This document shows, piece by piece, positions 8,413 through 17,149 of a DNA stretch of 32,000 nt. The DNA comes from an uncultured archaeon. Its GTDB lineage: Archaea; Iainarchaeota; Iainarchaeia; Iainarchaeales; CSSED10-239. Both the position numbers and the translations under genes were made by a program. Below the pieces are notes generated by a model. That model did not search any database. It saw only the letters and a program-made list of their open reading frames with translations, and was not told where the DNA came from. Every line of letters starts with the position of its first letter. Position 1 is the first letter of the stretch. Location: the NCBI GenBank assembly GCA_964586355.1, contig CAZPGO010000032.1:9505-41504 (forward strand), in the 5' to 3' direction.

Positions 8413-11400
8413 ATGCAGATAAAAGAATTAATAATAAAAAATTTCAAATCCTTTGATTATGCACAAATACCATTCAAAGATGGTCTTGGGGTTGTTGTTG
8501 GACCAAATGGATCAGGTAAAAGTAATATTATTGATGCTTTGTTATTTGTTTTTGGAATAACATCTCTAAAAAGACTAAGAGTAGATAAATTATCAGATCT
8601 TGTAAACCATAATTCAAAAGAAAAAACAGCAAGAGTAAGATTAGTTTTTGAACATGGTGGTCAAAATGTTGATATTGTAAGAGAAATTGATGCTTCTGGT
8701 AAATCTGTTTTTTTACTTAATGAAAAAAGAAAAGCATTAAATGAAATTACTTCTTTTTTAGAAGAACTTGGACTAACTGCAGATAGTTATTATACAGTTC
8801 AACAAGGAGATGTAACTAGAGTCATCAACATGAGCTCAGAAGAGCGAAGAAAAATAATTGAAGATATCTCTGGTTTATCTTTGTTTGATGAAAGAAAAAA
8901 AGAGGCACAAGATAATCTTGATAAAGTAAATAAAAGACTAGAGAAAGTATCTATTGCTCTAAACGAGAGAAGGCCATATATAGAACAACTATCTAAAGAA
9001 AAAGAAGATGCTATTAAATATAAAGAATTGGATTTTAATGAACAACTTTTCACCTATACTCTTTATAGAAAACAAATAGAAGATGCCAAAAATGAGCTAG
9101 AACTAGAAGAAGCTACAATACAAAAAAAATTAATTGATATTGATAATTTACAAAAAGAAAAAAAAGAAATTTATATTAAAATATCAGATCTAGAAAAGAA
9201 ACAAGAACAACTAAATATAGATCTAATTGCTCATTCTGAAAAAGTTCAATCAACTATTGGCAGAGAGCTTTCTGAGAGTAAAGCAAATAAAGAAATTGTT
9301 TTAAATAATTTAAAACTTAGAGAAGAGAATCTAGAATCATTAAAAAAAGAAAACGAAAAAGCAGCAATAGATCTTTCTTTATTTAAAAAACAAAGCCAAG
9401 ATGTTTTAGGAGTTATTAATGATCAAAAACAAAAACTAGATCTTAAAAAAATAACAAGAGATCAATTAAAGGAAAAAGTTGATAATAATCTTAAAGAGTA
9501 TGAGAAATTAAGAGCATTAAAGGAAGAGTATTATCTTTCATTAAATAATATTAATAAAAAATTAGCTCTATTACAAGACCAATATCTAGAAAATAAAAAC
9601 AAAATTAGTGCCTATAACTATCAAAAAGAAAGCTTAGAAAAACAAGAAAAAATTAGAGAACAAGAAAAAAAAGATCTTGAACAAAAAAGAAAAGAGATAG
9701 AAGATGGATTAATTGTTTTAAGAAAAGATCTAGAAAAAACCGAAAAAGAAATTCTAGAAAATAATAAAGATCTTGATAAAATAAAAAAAGATCTTTTAGA
9801 AAAAACAGAAAAACAAAATAAATTTTCTATTGATCTTGCATCATTAAAAAAAGATCTCTCTTTTAGTGTTTCTGTTTTAGATAAAAAAGATAAAGTTAAA
9901 GAAAAATTAAAAAAATTTAGTAGTTATGTTGGATTTTTAGAAGATCATGTTTCATTAGACAAATCCCAAAAATCAATTTATTCTAATTATGTAATATTAA
10001 AAGATGTTAGTGAGATCTCAAAAATAATAAAAGACATAGATATAAATATTTATTTTGTGGTATTATCTGCTTTAGATCTTAAATTAGAAGATCTGTTTGA
10101 AAACTTTAAAAAAGAAAAAACAAAACACACAAAACAATTAGAAATAGATGGATTCTATTTTGATGGTTTTTGTTATAAAAGAATACTTGTAAAAGATAGT
10201 AAAGATCTAGAAACAAAGATTGGTAACTTAGAAAAAGAGATCTCAACTAATAAGGAGCAAATAAGTAAGTTAGAAGAAACCATTAAAGAAAAAACAGAAA
10301 AATTAAACTTTTTAATAAAAGAGCAAAACACTTATAACATTAAAATAAATACACAAGTAGGTCTGTTAGATGATCTAATCTCAAAAATATCAGATCTAAA
10401 AGAGAGAAAAGAATCTGTTGCTACAAAAACTATTACACAAAATCTTGGACAAACAGAAAAAGATCTTACTTTAATAGAAAAAGAGCTCTCCCTTACAAAA
10501 ACACAAAAGCAAGAAATTGATTCTAAGTTAAAGGAGATAGATCTTGGTTCTCATGATTCTCTAAGAGACGAATATGATTCTTTAGTTTTTGAAATTAATC
10601 AACTAGAACAAAGCTTAATCTCTAAAAATGCTGAAATAAAATCTTTTTCTGAAAAAAGTGATAGTAAGGTTAATTACATAGAGATAAATAATCAAAAAAT
10701 AAAAGAATATGAGTTACAAGTAAATGAGTATAAAGATAAGTTATTAACTCTAGAAAACAAAATAAAAGAAGTTTCAGAAAAATACAGCAGAGAAGAAGAA
10801 AAAAAGCAACAAATGTTTGAAGAAAGATCTAAAATTAATCATGAAATTTCTCAATATAATCAACAAAATTATTCTTTAGAATCTGATATTAACGAGATTA
10901 ATTCTTTGATAAATGATTCAAAAATAAATCTTACAACCATAAAAAGTAAGATAACACAAACAGAGCAAAATCTAAAATTACTTGAAACTTCAATAGATAT
11001 TAAAAAAGAAAATATAGATCTCTCTATTGAAGAACTATACTCTAAGTTAAGATCTATAAAACGTGAAAAAAATGCACTAGGTAATATTAATTTTAATGCA
11101 ATTGAAAGTTATGAAAAGCTTGCAAAAGAATATGAAGAAATTATTCAAAAATATGATGTGATTATTAAAGAAAGAGAGCAAGTTGAAGCAATGCTTTCTG
11201 AGATTAATATGAAAAAGACTACAATATTTATGGATTGTTTTAATAAAGTAAATAAAGAATTTAAAGATGTTATTTCAAAAATGTCTAAAACCCTCTTAGG
11301 ATCTCTTGAACTTGTTGGTGAAGATGAATTAACTTCTAAGTTAATGATAAATATTACCAAAAATAAAACCACTAAAAATATTGATATTATGTCAGGTGGA

Positions 11401-11664
11401 GAAAAGACCATTACAGCTCTTGCTTTTATCTTTGCTATTAATGCTTATAAAAAATGTCCTTTTTATATTTTGGATGAGGTTGATGCAGCATTAGATGATC
11501 TAAATTCAGATAATTTATTAAACTATATTAAAGAGTTGTCTAAGAGTACAACCATAATTGCAGTAACACACAATAGTGCTTTAGTAAGTGGTGCTAATCA
11601 GATTGTTGGTGTTACTTTGAAGGGTAATTCTTCTGTTATTGGTTTGGATATGGGCGGATATTAG
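8413..11664 (+). CDS. smc: SMC chromosome-segregation ATPase (1083 aa) with an unusually short hinge
   Basis: Walker A GPNGSGKSN; ABC signature MSGGEKT; Walker B FYILDEVDAALD; D-loop region. Long K/E/L-rich coiled coils flank a ~95-aa non-coil segment (nt ~9920-10200). Confidence 0.92.
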   Translation: MQIKELIIKNFKSFDYAQIPFKDGLGVVVGPNGSGKSNIIDALLFVFGITSLKRLRVDKLSDLVNHNSKEKTARVRLVFEHGGQNVDIVREIDASGKSVFLLNEKRKALNEITSFLEELGLTADSYYTVQQGDVTRVINMSSEERRKIIEDISGLSLFDERKKEAQDNLDKVNKRLEKVSIALNERRPYIEQLSKEKEDAIKYKELDFNEQLFTYTLYRKQIEDAKNELELEEATIQKKLIDIDNLQKEKKEIYIKISDLEKKQEQLNIDLIAHSEKVQSTIGRELSESKANKEIVLNNLKLREENLESLKKENEKAAIDLSLFKKQSQDVLGVINDQKQKLDLKKITRDQLKEKVDNNLKEYEKLRALKEEYYLSLNNINKKLALLQDQYLENKNKISAYNYQKESLEKQEKIREQEKKDLEQKRKEIEDGLIVLRKDLEKTEKEILENNKDLDKIKKDLLEKTEKQNKFSIDLASLKKDLSFSVSVLDKKDKVKEKLKKFSSYVGFLEDHVSLDKSQKSIYSNYVILKDVSEISKIIKDIDINIYFVVLSALDLKLEDLFENFKKEKTKHTKQLEIDGFYFDGFCYKRILVKDSKDLETKIGNLEKEISTNKEQISKLEETIKEKTEKLNFLIKEQNTYNIKINTQVGLLDDLISKISDLKERKESVATKTITQNLGQTEKDLTLIEKELSLTKTQKQEIDSKLKEIDLGSHDSLRDEYDSLVFEINQLEQSLISKNAEIKSFSEKSDSKVNYIEINNQKIKEYELQVNEYKDKLLTLENKIKEVSEKYSREEEKKQQMFEERSKINHEISQYNQQNYSLESDINEINSLINDSKINLTTIKSKITQTEQNLKLLETSIDIKKENIDLSIEELYSKLRSIKREKNALGNINFNAIESYEKLAKEYEEIIQKYDVIIKEREQVEAMLSEINMKKTTIFMDCFNKVNKEFKDVISKMSKTLLGSLELVGEDELTSKLMINITKNKTTKNIDIMSGGEKTITALAFIFAINAYKKCPFYILDEVDAALDDLNSDNLLNYIKELSKSTTIIAVTHNSALVSGANQIVGVTLKGNSSVIGLDMGGY

Positions 11665-11671
11665 TTTTTTT
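11665..11671 (+). terminator. T7 run directly after the smc stop codon
   Basis: TAG 11662-11664 is followed by TTTTTTT. Confidence 0.35.
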
Positions 11672-11729
11672 GTTTAAATCCTTATCTTTTTATTCTTTTT
11701 GTTAGGTTATTGATTTCTATTTCCACCTT

Positions 11730-11785
11730 CTCTTTTTAAACTTAACTGCTTGTTTTTGATTCAGCAACTCTTTTTAAACTTAACT
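11730..11785 (+). repeat. two perfect 18-bp direct repeats CTCTTTTTAAACTTAACT (11730-11747 and 11768-11785)
   Basis: Read directly in the smc/surface-protein intergenic region. Each copy contains a TATA-box-like TTTTTAAA. Confidence 0.8.
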
Positions 11786-11872
11786 AATCCATGTATATAT
11801 ATATTAACTATACAAAGTTAATTGTTGATCTTATGATTAACATAAGTAAAAACACAAAAACCCCCTTTTTTC

Positions 11873-11893
11873 GCCCTTTTTTAAAAAAAGGGC
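11873..11893. promoter_or_regulatory. GC-clamped near-perfect palindrome GCCC-T6/A7-GGGC, ~27 nt upstream of ATG 11920
   Basis: Read directly. It is a rare G+C-clamped element in an AT-rich spacer, just upstream of a TATA-like AATATTTATTTAAAAAA. Function not established. Confidence 0.3.
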
Positions 11894-11919
11894 AATATTT
11901 ATTTAAAAAAGGAATAATT

Positions 11920-12846
11920 ATGAAAAAAATTAGATCTTTAATTTTTATTTTTTTAGCAATCATTATGTTATCTATATTTGTAAAAAATGTTTTTGCTAGT
12001 GAGATCAACTATACCTTCACAGAAACAGTTGTTCTTAAGGATAAGCCTGTTTTTTATGATCTAACCCTGCATAATCCTTCTAATGAATCTCAATTGTACC
12101 AAATTAAGGCATATACCACGCCATTTAAAGTAACATTAATACCAGAAAAAATAAGACTAGCACCAAGAGAAACAGGAACAATCTCTTTTATGTTTGAGCC
12201 TCTCTTGGACCAATTAGAGTCTGTTTATGCCTCTAATTTTAAAATAACTTCTAATAATGAAAATAAAACAATATATTTTAATATTAATCAAAAATCTAAC
12301 AAAATTTGTCCATTAACAATAACTATAGATGATATTATTAATGATGAAAATTTATCATTTATTTTAAGAGTAGAAAATAATAGTACTAGAGGGTATAATC
12401 TAGAATTAATCTCTTTAGAAAATATTAATGATTTTAATAGATCTGTACTAAGATCTAACAGAGAAGAAATAATTGAGAAAACATATGTTTTTTCTGATTT
12501 TAATAGAGATTTAGAAAGAACAATTCTTACCTATAAATGCAACAATATAGAAAACACAAAAGAAATAGAAATACCTAAACAAGAGAAAGAAGAAACACAA
12601 ACAGAAGTTACAGGAGTAACAGGTTTTGTTGGTTTTTTAGATCTTGGTTTTGTAAATGTTTTTTTAGACTCATTTGCTGCAATTTTTTTGGGTTTTGTAA
12701 ATGTTTTTTATAACTCTTTAATCTCTATTGATTTCTTAGTAATTTTAAATTCCACAATAACTCATATAATTTTAATAGTTATTTTAGTATTTTTAATTTT
12801 ATCTTTTACAACTAGATATATAAAATATCTCTATCTAAAAAAATAA
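11920..12846 (+). CDS. secreted/membrane-anchored surface protein with PapD/MSP-like Ig-fold segment (308 aa from the internal ATG)
   Basis: The track ORF starts at 11791, but a typical signal peptide MKKIRSLIFIFLAIIMLSIFVKNVFA begins at ATG 11920. LTLHNPSNESQLYQIKAYTTPFKVTLIPEKIRLAPRETGTISFMF resembles beta-sandwich (MSP/PapD/CARDB-like) domains. C-terminal TM plus basic tail. An in-frame 19-bp repeat (12646-12664 and 12691-12709) encodes GFVNVF twice. Confidence 0.65.
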   Translation: MKKIRSLIFIFLAIIMLSIFVKNVFASEINYTFTETVVLKDKPVFYDLTLHNPSNESQLYQIKAYTTPFKVTLIPEKIRLAPRETGTISFMFEPLLDQLESVYASNFKITSNNENKTIYFNINQKSNKICPLTITIDDIINDENLSFILRVENNSTRGYNLELISLENINDFNRSVLRSNREEIIEKTYVFSDFNRDLERTILTYKCNNIENTKEIEIPKQEKEETQTEVTGVTGFVGFLDLGFVNVFLDSFAAIFLGFVNVFYNSLISIDFLVILNSTITHIILIVILVFLILSFTTRYIKYLYLKK

Positions 12847-12862
12847 AAAAATGTGATATATT

Positions 12863-14701
12863 ATGAAAAAAATGAATCTTGTAATAGGAATATTAATAAT
12901 ATTCTCTTTTATAAATATTGGATTGGTTTCTGCTAATGCAATTAATAACATAGATCTAACCTTTGATAAAGAGTATTATTCTGTAATGGAAGATACTAGT
13001 CTTAGAGTTGGATTTACAATAAAAAATAGAAACAATTTTGATGTTAAGTTATTTGCATACACTGAGTGTGATAATGATGATATTGTTTGTGATTATAGTA
13101 AAACATTTGATATTTCCAAAAACTCAGAAAAAACAGGTTCTTTTTATGTTACTGGAATAGATGATTACAGTTCATCAGTAAGAATATATTTAAGAGGGAT
13201 GGACACACAAACCTCTGGTCAAGAAATAGATTTTTATACAGATATAGATGTTGTAAGGGATTATGACGATTCAGATTTTGAAATTGATCTTAGAAACCAT
13301 TCTTTATGTATTGGTGAATCTAATGAACTAATATTAGAGATAGATAATTATAATCAAAATGACTTTTATGATCTAAAACTGGAAAGTAGTAAACTAATCT
13401 TTGATCAAGTTACTAGTAATCCTGTATATTTAGGAAACGATCTAAAAGAAATAAAATATCTAGTAACTGTTCCAAAAGAGGTTTTACCAGGAACAAGTTA
13501 TGATGTTATTTTAAGAATAGAAAATGATAGAGTTTCAGTAACTAATGAATTCTCTGTATCAGTTACTCACTGCCCCAAACCTGCTGATTTTAGTGTTAGT
13601 GGAGCTAGTGTGGTTTCATATTATTTAAATAAAGATGATTCAAAAACAGAAACCTATACAATATACAATAATTCTTCACATAAGAAAAAAATCTTTGTTG
13701 CAGAAACTCAAGAAGATAATGAGATCTTTGTAGAGATTGGTAATAGAGAGATAGAGATCTTACCAAGATCCAGTAAAACAGTAGAAATAACTTTTAATGT
13801 TCCTAAAGAAATAGACTCTGGAACAAAGGAAATAGATCTATCTTTTTTTGATGGTTTGCATACTGTTTCTAAAAAAGTAAGATTACAGATAAATCCAGAA
13901 TATAAGATAAGCACAAGAATACTACAAGGAAATGAAGTCACTTTACCAATAGGGCGATTTGTAGATGTAATGTTAGTTATTGAAAATAATGGAGATCTTT
14001 ATGAGACCTTTGATATTTTAACAAATGTTTCAGGGGATATTACTCTAAGAACAAGAGAAAACACTATAACAGTTTTGCCAAAAAGCAGTTATATTTTACC
14101 ATTAACAGTTTCTGCAGGAAACCATATAGAAGAAGGGGACCTTGCAAGAATGGATGTTAGAGTTGTTGGTAGAAATAGTGATTATTTAAGAAATTTTTCA
14201 GTAAATTTTAATGTTGTAAGAAGTAAGGGTTCTTTACCTATTGAGTTTTTATCTTTTCCTAAAGAGGTTGCAATTGATGCAAATACTACTGTTAATTTCC
14301 AAATAGAACTTAAAAACTTTAGTAATGAAGAGATAATTATTGATAGAATAGAAATAAATAGCCTTCCTCAAAACATAAATTACAGTACTCCACAAAATAT
14401 TTCTTTGGCATCTCAAGAGAGAAAAATTATAGATGGCTCTTTATATATTGGCAATCTACAATTACAACCAGGTGATGAAATATTAGCAAGAGTTGCTTTT
14501 ATTGGTAGAGATGGAACTGTACTAGAAAAGAAATTACTTTTAAAAACACCAACAGATGTAAAGACAGAAGAACCTAAAAAATCAAAAGTTACTGGGTTTT
14601 TAAATCTAAGTAATTCTATTTTCTTAGGTTTGATTGTAATTTCAATATCAATAATCTTAATGTTTGCTTTAGGTGTTTTTAAGAAAAAAAATAGATTTTA
14701 A
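12863..14701 (+). CDS. cell-surface protein with ~5-6 Ig-like (CARDB/S-layer-domain-like) repeats, signal peptide and C-terminal TM anchor
   Basis: Signal peptide MKKMNLVIGILIIFSFINIGLVSANA. Repeated beta-rich modules with an x-I/L-x-N-x-(S/N/G) pattern (FTIKNRNN, LEIDNYNQ, YTIYNNSS, LVIENNGD, IELKNFSN). C-terminal VTGF...IFLGLIVISISIILMFALGVFKKKNRF. Confidence 0.75.
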   Translation: MKKMNLVIGILIIFSFINIGLVSANAINNIDLTFDKEYYSVMEDTSLRVGFTIKNRNNFDVKLFAYTECDNDDIVCDYSKTFDISKNSEKTGSFYVTGIDDYSSSVRIYLRGMDTQTSGQEIDFYTDIDVVRDYDDSDFEIDLRNHSLCIGESNELILEIDNYNQNDFYDLKLESSKLIFDQVTSNPVYLGNDLKEIKYLVTVPKEVLPGTSYDVILRIENDRVSVTNEFSVSVTHCPKPADFSVSGASVVSYYLNKDDSKTETYTIYNNSSHKKKIFVAETQEDNEIFVEIGNREIEILPRSSKTVEITFNVPKEIDSGTKEIDLSFFDGLHTVSKKVRLQINPEYKISTRILQGNEVTLPIGRFVDVMLVIENNGDLYETFDILTNVSGDITLRTRENTITVLPKSSYILPLTVSAGNHIEEGDLARMDVRVVGRNSDYLRNFSVNFNVVRSKGSLPIEFLSFPKEVAIDANTTVNFQIELKNFSNEEIIIDRIEINSLPQNINYSTPQNISLASQERKIIDGSLYIGNLQLQPGDEILARVAFIGRDGTVLEKKLLLKTPTDVKTEEPKKSKVTGFLNLSNSIFLGLIVISISIILMFALGVFKKKNRF

Positions 14702-16335
14702 TCCTTAAGATTATCAAAAACATTTTTTTCTTTTTCTATATTTTTCATTTTATTTTCTATTAGTTTCATTGTTTGGTTCATTTTTTCTATATTTTTATCA
14801 ATTACTGCAATAAACTGCTCTTTAAATTTATCAATCTCATTTATTTTGTCTTGAGCAATTTGTATTTTTTTAATTTCTGATTCTACTTTTTCTTTAATTT
14901 CATCTACTGTTCTTATTTTTCCTTTAACCTCTTGAGTTATTGCTGACTCATATATGTTTAGTGCCCCTGAGATCTTTTCATCAATACTTTCTAATAACAT
15001 CTTTTTAAAATCCACTAATTCATCTATCTTTTTTGAAATGATTTCTGGATCTGTTTTTGAAACTATGGTATTTTTTAGATTGTTTAGTTCCAAAAATTGT
15101 TTGTCTATGTCGTTTTTATAAGCATCTTTTGCTTTTACTAAAAACTCTCTTTTAACTCCTTCAAATCTATCCTCATATCTGTTTGCTAGTTTTTGTTTAA
15201 AGGACTCTAGTTCAGACAACTTATCATAAAGTTCTTTTGGATTGATTTGGCTAGAGATTTTTTCCTTAAAGTCATTAAGTTTTTTAACCTCAGTATTTAT
15301 TGCACTTTGTGTGTTTTTTATTAGTCCTTGTGTTATTCTTGATTGAAGTGCTAAGATGTCATTAATTTCTTTTAGTTTTACATTTATTTTTGTGGTAGTG
15401 GTTACTGTTAGTTTATTAATATTATCCTGTATTATTTTACTATTTCCTTCCAGTTGTTCACCAAGTTCATTAACATTATTTATGGTCTTTTGTAATTCTG
15501 ATTTGCCACTATTTATTTCTTCAATTTTTTTATTTAGTTTTGCTTGTTCTATTTTAATCATTGCAAGTTGTTTTGTTATTTGTACATTTGCTGCTTGTTC
15601 TTGTTGACTAATCATATCTGTTAATTTAGAGATTAATAGTTGTTTGTTTGTTTCTTGAATTTTTTTGTATTTTATTAACTCTTGATCTATTTTTGATTTT
15701 AAATATTCTTCTATTTTTTCTTGTTTAGACTCTATCTCAGAAAGTTTAGTGTTTATTGTGGTTGCAAGACCAGTTTCCCAAATATTTTGATCTTCTTTAA
15801 TCTCTATTGGTGCTATTGCTGGCTTTGTTATTTTTTTTGTATTTTCTTTTTTATCTAGTTCTTCTATTTTTTCATTAAATTTATCATAAACATTTTCAGA
15901 GATTAGATCATCTTTTTCTTCTTTGTCTTTTCTGTTAAGTTGATCTAAATCTAGATCTTTTGTAATATCTGGAAGTTCTTCTTCTGTTTCTTCTTTTTTA
16001 GAATCTTCTTTTTTTTCATCACTAAGTTCTTTAACCCCTTGTTTTAGATCAGAGATTTCATCAGAATCAGAGTTAAAAAAATCAGAAGGAATTTCTTCTT
16101 TTTTAAAAGCTGATGCTACAGTTACTTTTTTTTCTTCTGGATTAGAAACAGAGATCTCTTTACTTCCATTTTGATCTGATTTCAATGGTTCTTTTTTAGA
16201 ATCAGAATTAAGTAAATCATTACAATCTTTTTCAGAGAGACCCATTTTTAGCAAATTCTCTTTTATTTCTTTATCAGACATTCCTAAACTTTTTAGTTTT
16301 TTAATATTTTCAATAATTCTTGGGTCAGGAATCAT
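14698..16335 (-). CDS. long coiled-coil protein (545 aa): small N-terminal helical domain, acidic linker, ~350-aa coiled coil
   Basis: N-terminus IENIKKLKSLGMSDKEIKENLLKMGLSEKDCNDLL (UBA/SAP-like helix-turn-helix pattern; weak call). Then an E/K/D/S-rich linker, then heptad-rich K/E/I/L/Q sequence. No P-loop and no TM. Lies 6 nt downstream of adk on the same strand. Confidence 0.7.
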   Translation of the reverse strand: MIPDPRIIENIKKLKSLGMSDKEIKENLLKMGLSEKDCNDLLNSDSKKEPLKSDQNGSKEISVSNPEEKKVTVASAFKKEEIPSDFFNSDSDEISDLKQGVKELSDEKKEDSKKEETEEELPDITKDLDLDQLNRKDKEEKDDLISENVYDKFNEKIEELDKKENTKKITKPAIAPIEIKEDQNIWETGLATTINTKLSEIESKQEKIEEYLKSKIDQELIKYKKIQETNKQLLISKLTDMISQQEQAANVQITKQLAMIKIEQAKLNKKIEEINSGKSELQKTINNVNELGEQLEGNSKIIQDNINKLTVTTTTKINVKLKEINDILALQSRITQGLIKNTQSAINTEVKKLNDFKEKISSQINPKELYDKLSELESFKQKLANRYEDRFEGVKREFLVKAKDAYKNDIDKQFLELNNLKNTIVSKTDPEIISKKIDELVDFKKMLLESIDEKISGALNIYESAITQEVKGKIRTVDEIKEKVESEIKKIQIAQDKINEIDKFKEQFIAVIDKNIEKMNQTMKLIENKMKNIEKEKNVFDNLKD

Positions 16336-16341
16336 AAAAAT

Positions 16342-16902
16342 TTACACATTTTTTATTTTTTTTAAAATTTCTTTATGTACTTCTTCTATTGTTTGTTTTC
16401 CATTAATATCTAGTAATAACCCAGTTTTTTTATAATAATCTAAAACTGGTTTTGAATCTTTAAAGTAGATATTAAATCTATGTTCTATAATTTCTTTAGT
16501 GTCATCATATCTTTTTCTAAGAAGCATTCTTTTAACACATTCTTTTTTTGGCACATTTATGAAAAGTACTTTTTTTAGTTTATAATTTTTAGTATGTAAA
16601 AAATAATTAAAAATTATTGCTTGAGTATTAACTCTTGGAAAGCCATCTAAAATTATTTTGTTAGATCTTTCTTTTTGTATTTTCTTAAATAAAAGATCGC
16701 AAGCAATTTCGTCTGGTGCTAGGTTACCTTTACTAATTAGCTTATGAATATATTTGCCGATTTTTGTTTTTTTCTTAATCTCTTCCTTTAAAACATCGCT
16801 CATTACAATGTTTTTATATTTTAATTTTTTAGACAACAATTCATTTTGTGTGCTCTTACCACTACCAGCTGGTCCAAGTATAATTAGTATTTCTTTTGTC
16901 AT
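16342..16902 (-). CDS. adk: adenylate kinase, short-LID (bacterial/eukaryotic monomeric) type
   Basis: P-loop ILGPAGSGKSTQ; NMP-binding region; LDGFPR; short lid RKRYDDTKEIIEHR without a Zn-Cys cluster. Confidence 0.88.
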   Translation of the reverse strand: MTKEILIILGPAGSGKSTQNELLSKKLKYKNIVMSDVLKEEIKKKTKIGKYIHKLISKGNLAPDEIACDLLFKKIQKERSNKIILDGFPRVNTQAIIFNYFLHTKNYKLKKVLFINVPKKECVKRMLLRKRYDDTKEIIEHRFNIYFKDSKPVLDYYKKTGLLLDINGKQTIEEVHKEILKKIKNV

Positions 16903-17021
16903 GTTAATTTTTGTTATATTTTTTACTATTATATTTTAAAGGTTATATAATATATATCTATATATTAGTAATTATACTAATATTTAAAAAGATTGTTTTT
17001 TATAGTTAACTATTAAAATAT

Positions 17022-17096
17022 AGGCAAGTAGCATAGTCTGGATAATGCACAAGCCTCCTAAGCTTGGGATCGTGGGTTCGAATCCCACCTTGCCTG
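17022..17096 (+). tRNA. tRNA-Arg (anticodon CCT at 17057-17059), no intron, CCA not encoded
   Basis: Hand-folded cloverleaf. Acceptor AGGCAAG/CTTGCCT (7 bp), D stem GCAT/ATGC, anticodon stem CAAGC/GCTTG with loop CTCCTAA, 5-nt variable loop, T arm GTGGG-TTCGAAT-CCCAC, discriminator G. It is the most G+C-rich island in the window. Confidence 0.9.
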
Positions 17097-17149
17097 TTGG
17101 CTGGTTTTAGTAAATCAGCACTTAAAATATACAAAGTAGTACTAATATT

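Noticed and set aside
9650-9860. Recurring AAAAAAGATCTTGAA / AAAGATCTAGAAAAA-like strings that look like a tandem or CRISPR-like repeat
   Set aside because: They are in frame within the smc coiled coil and encode KDLE/KDLL heptad segments. The spacing is irregular and there is no repeat-spacer architecture. No CRISPR array was found anywhere in the window.
7183-11411. Track ORFs 7183-7410 (-), 8799-9053 (-) and 11145-11411 (-), lying inside serS and smc
   Set aside because: They are antisense shadows of well-supported genes. The S/F/L-rich translations have no motifs.
11791-11919. The 43-codon N-terminal extension of the surface-protein ORF (track start 11791) and the antisense ORF 11808-12008
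   Set aside because: A canonical signal peptide begins at the internal ATG 11920. The extension runs through the repeat/palindrome promoter-like region and has no coding character.
13708-15607. Track ORFs 13708-13941 (-) and 15356-15607 (+)
   Set aside because: They are shadows inside the 612-aa surface protein gene and the coiled-coil gene respectively.
17022-17149. The tRNA-Arg gene as an integration hotspot (looked for an integrase, or a direct repeat of the tRNA 3' end, nearby)
   Set aside because: No integrase or recombinase-like ORF and no second copy of the GGGTTCGAATCCC segment were seen. The flanking genes (adk, MscS) are ordinary chromosomal genes.
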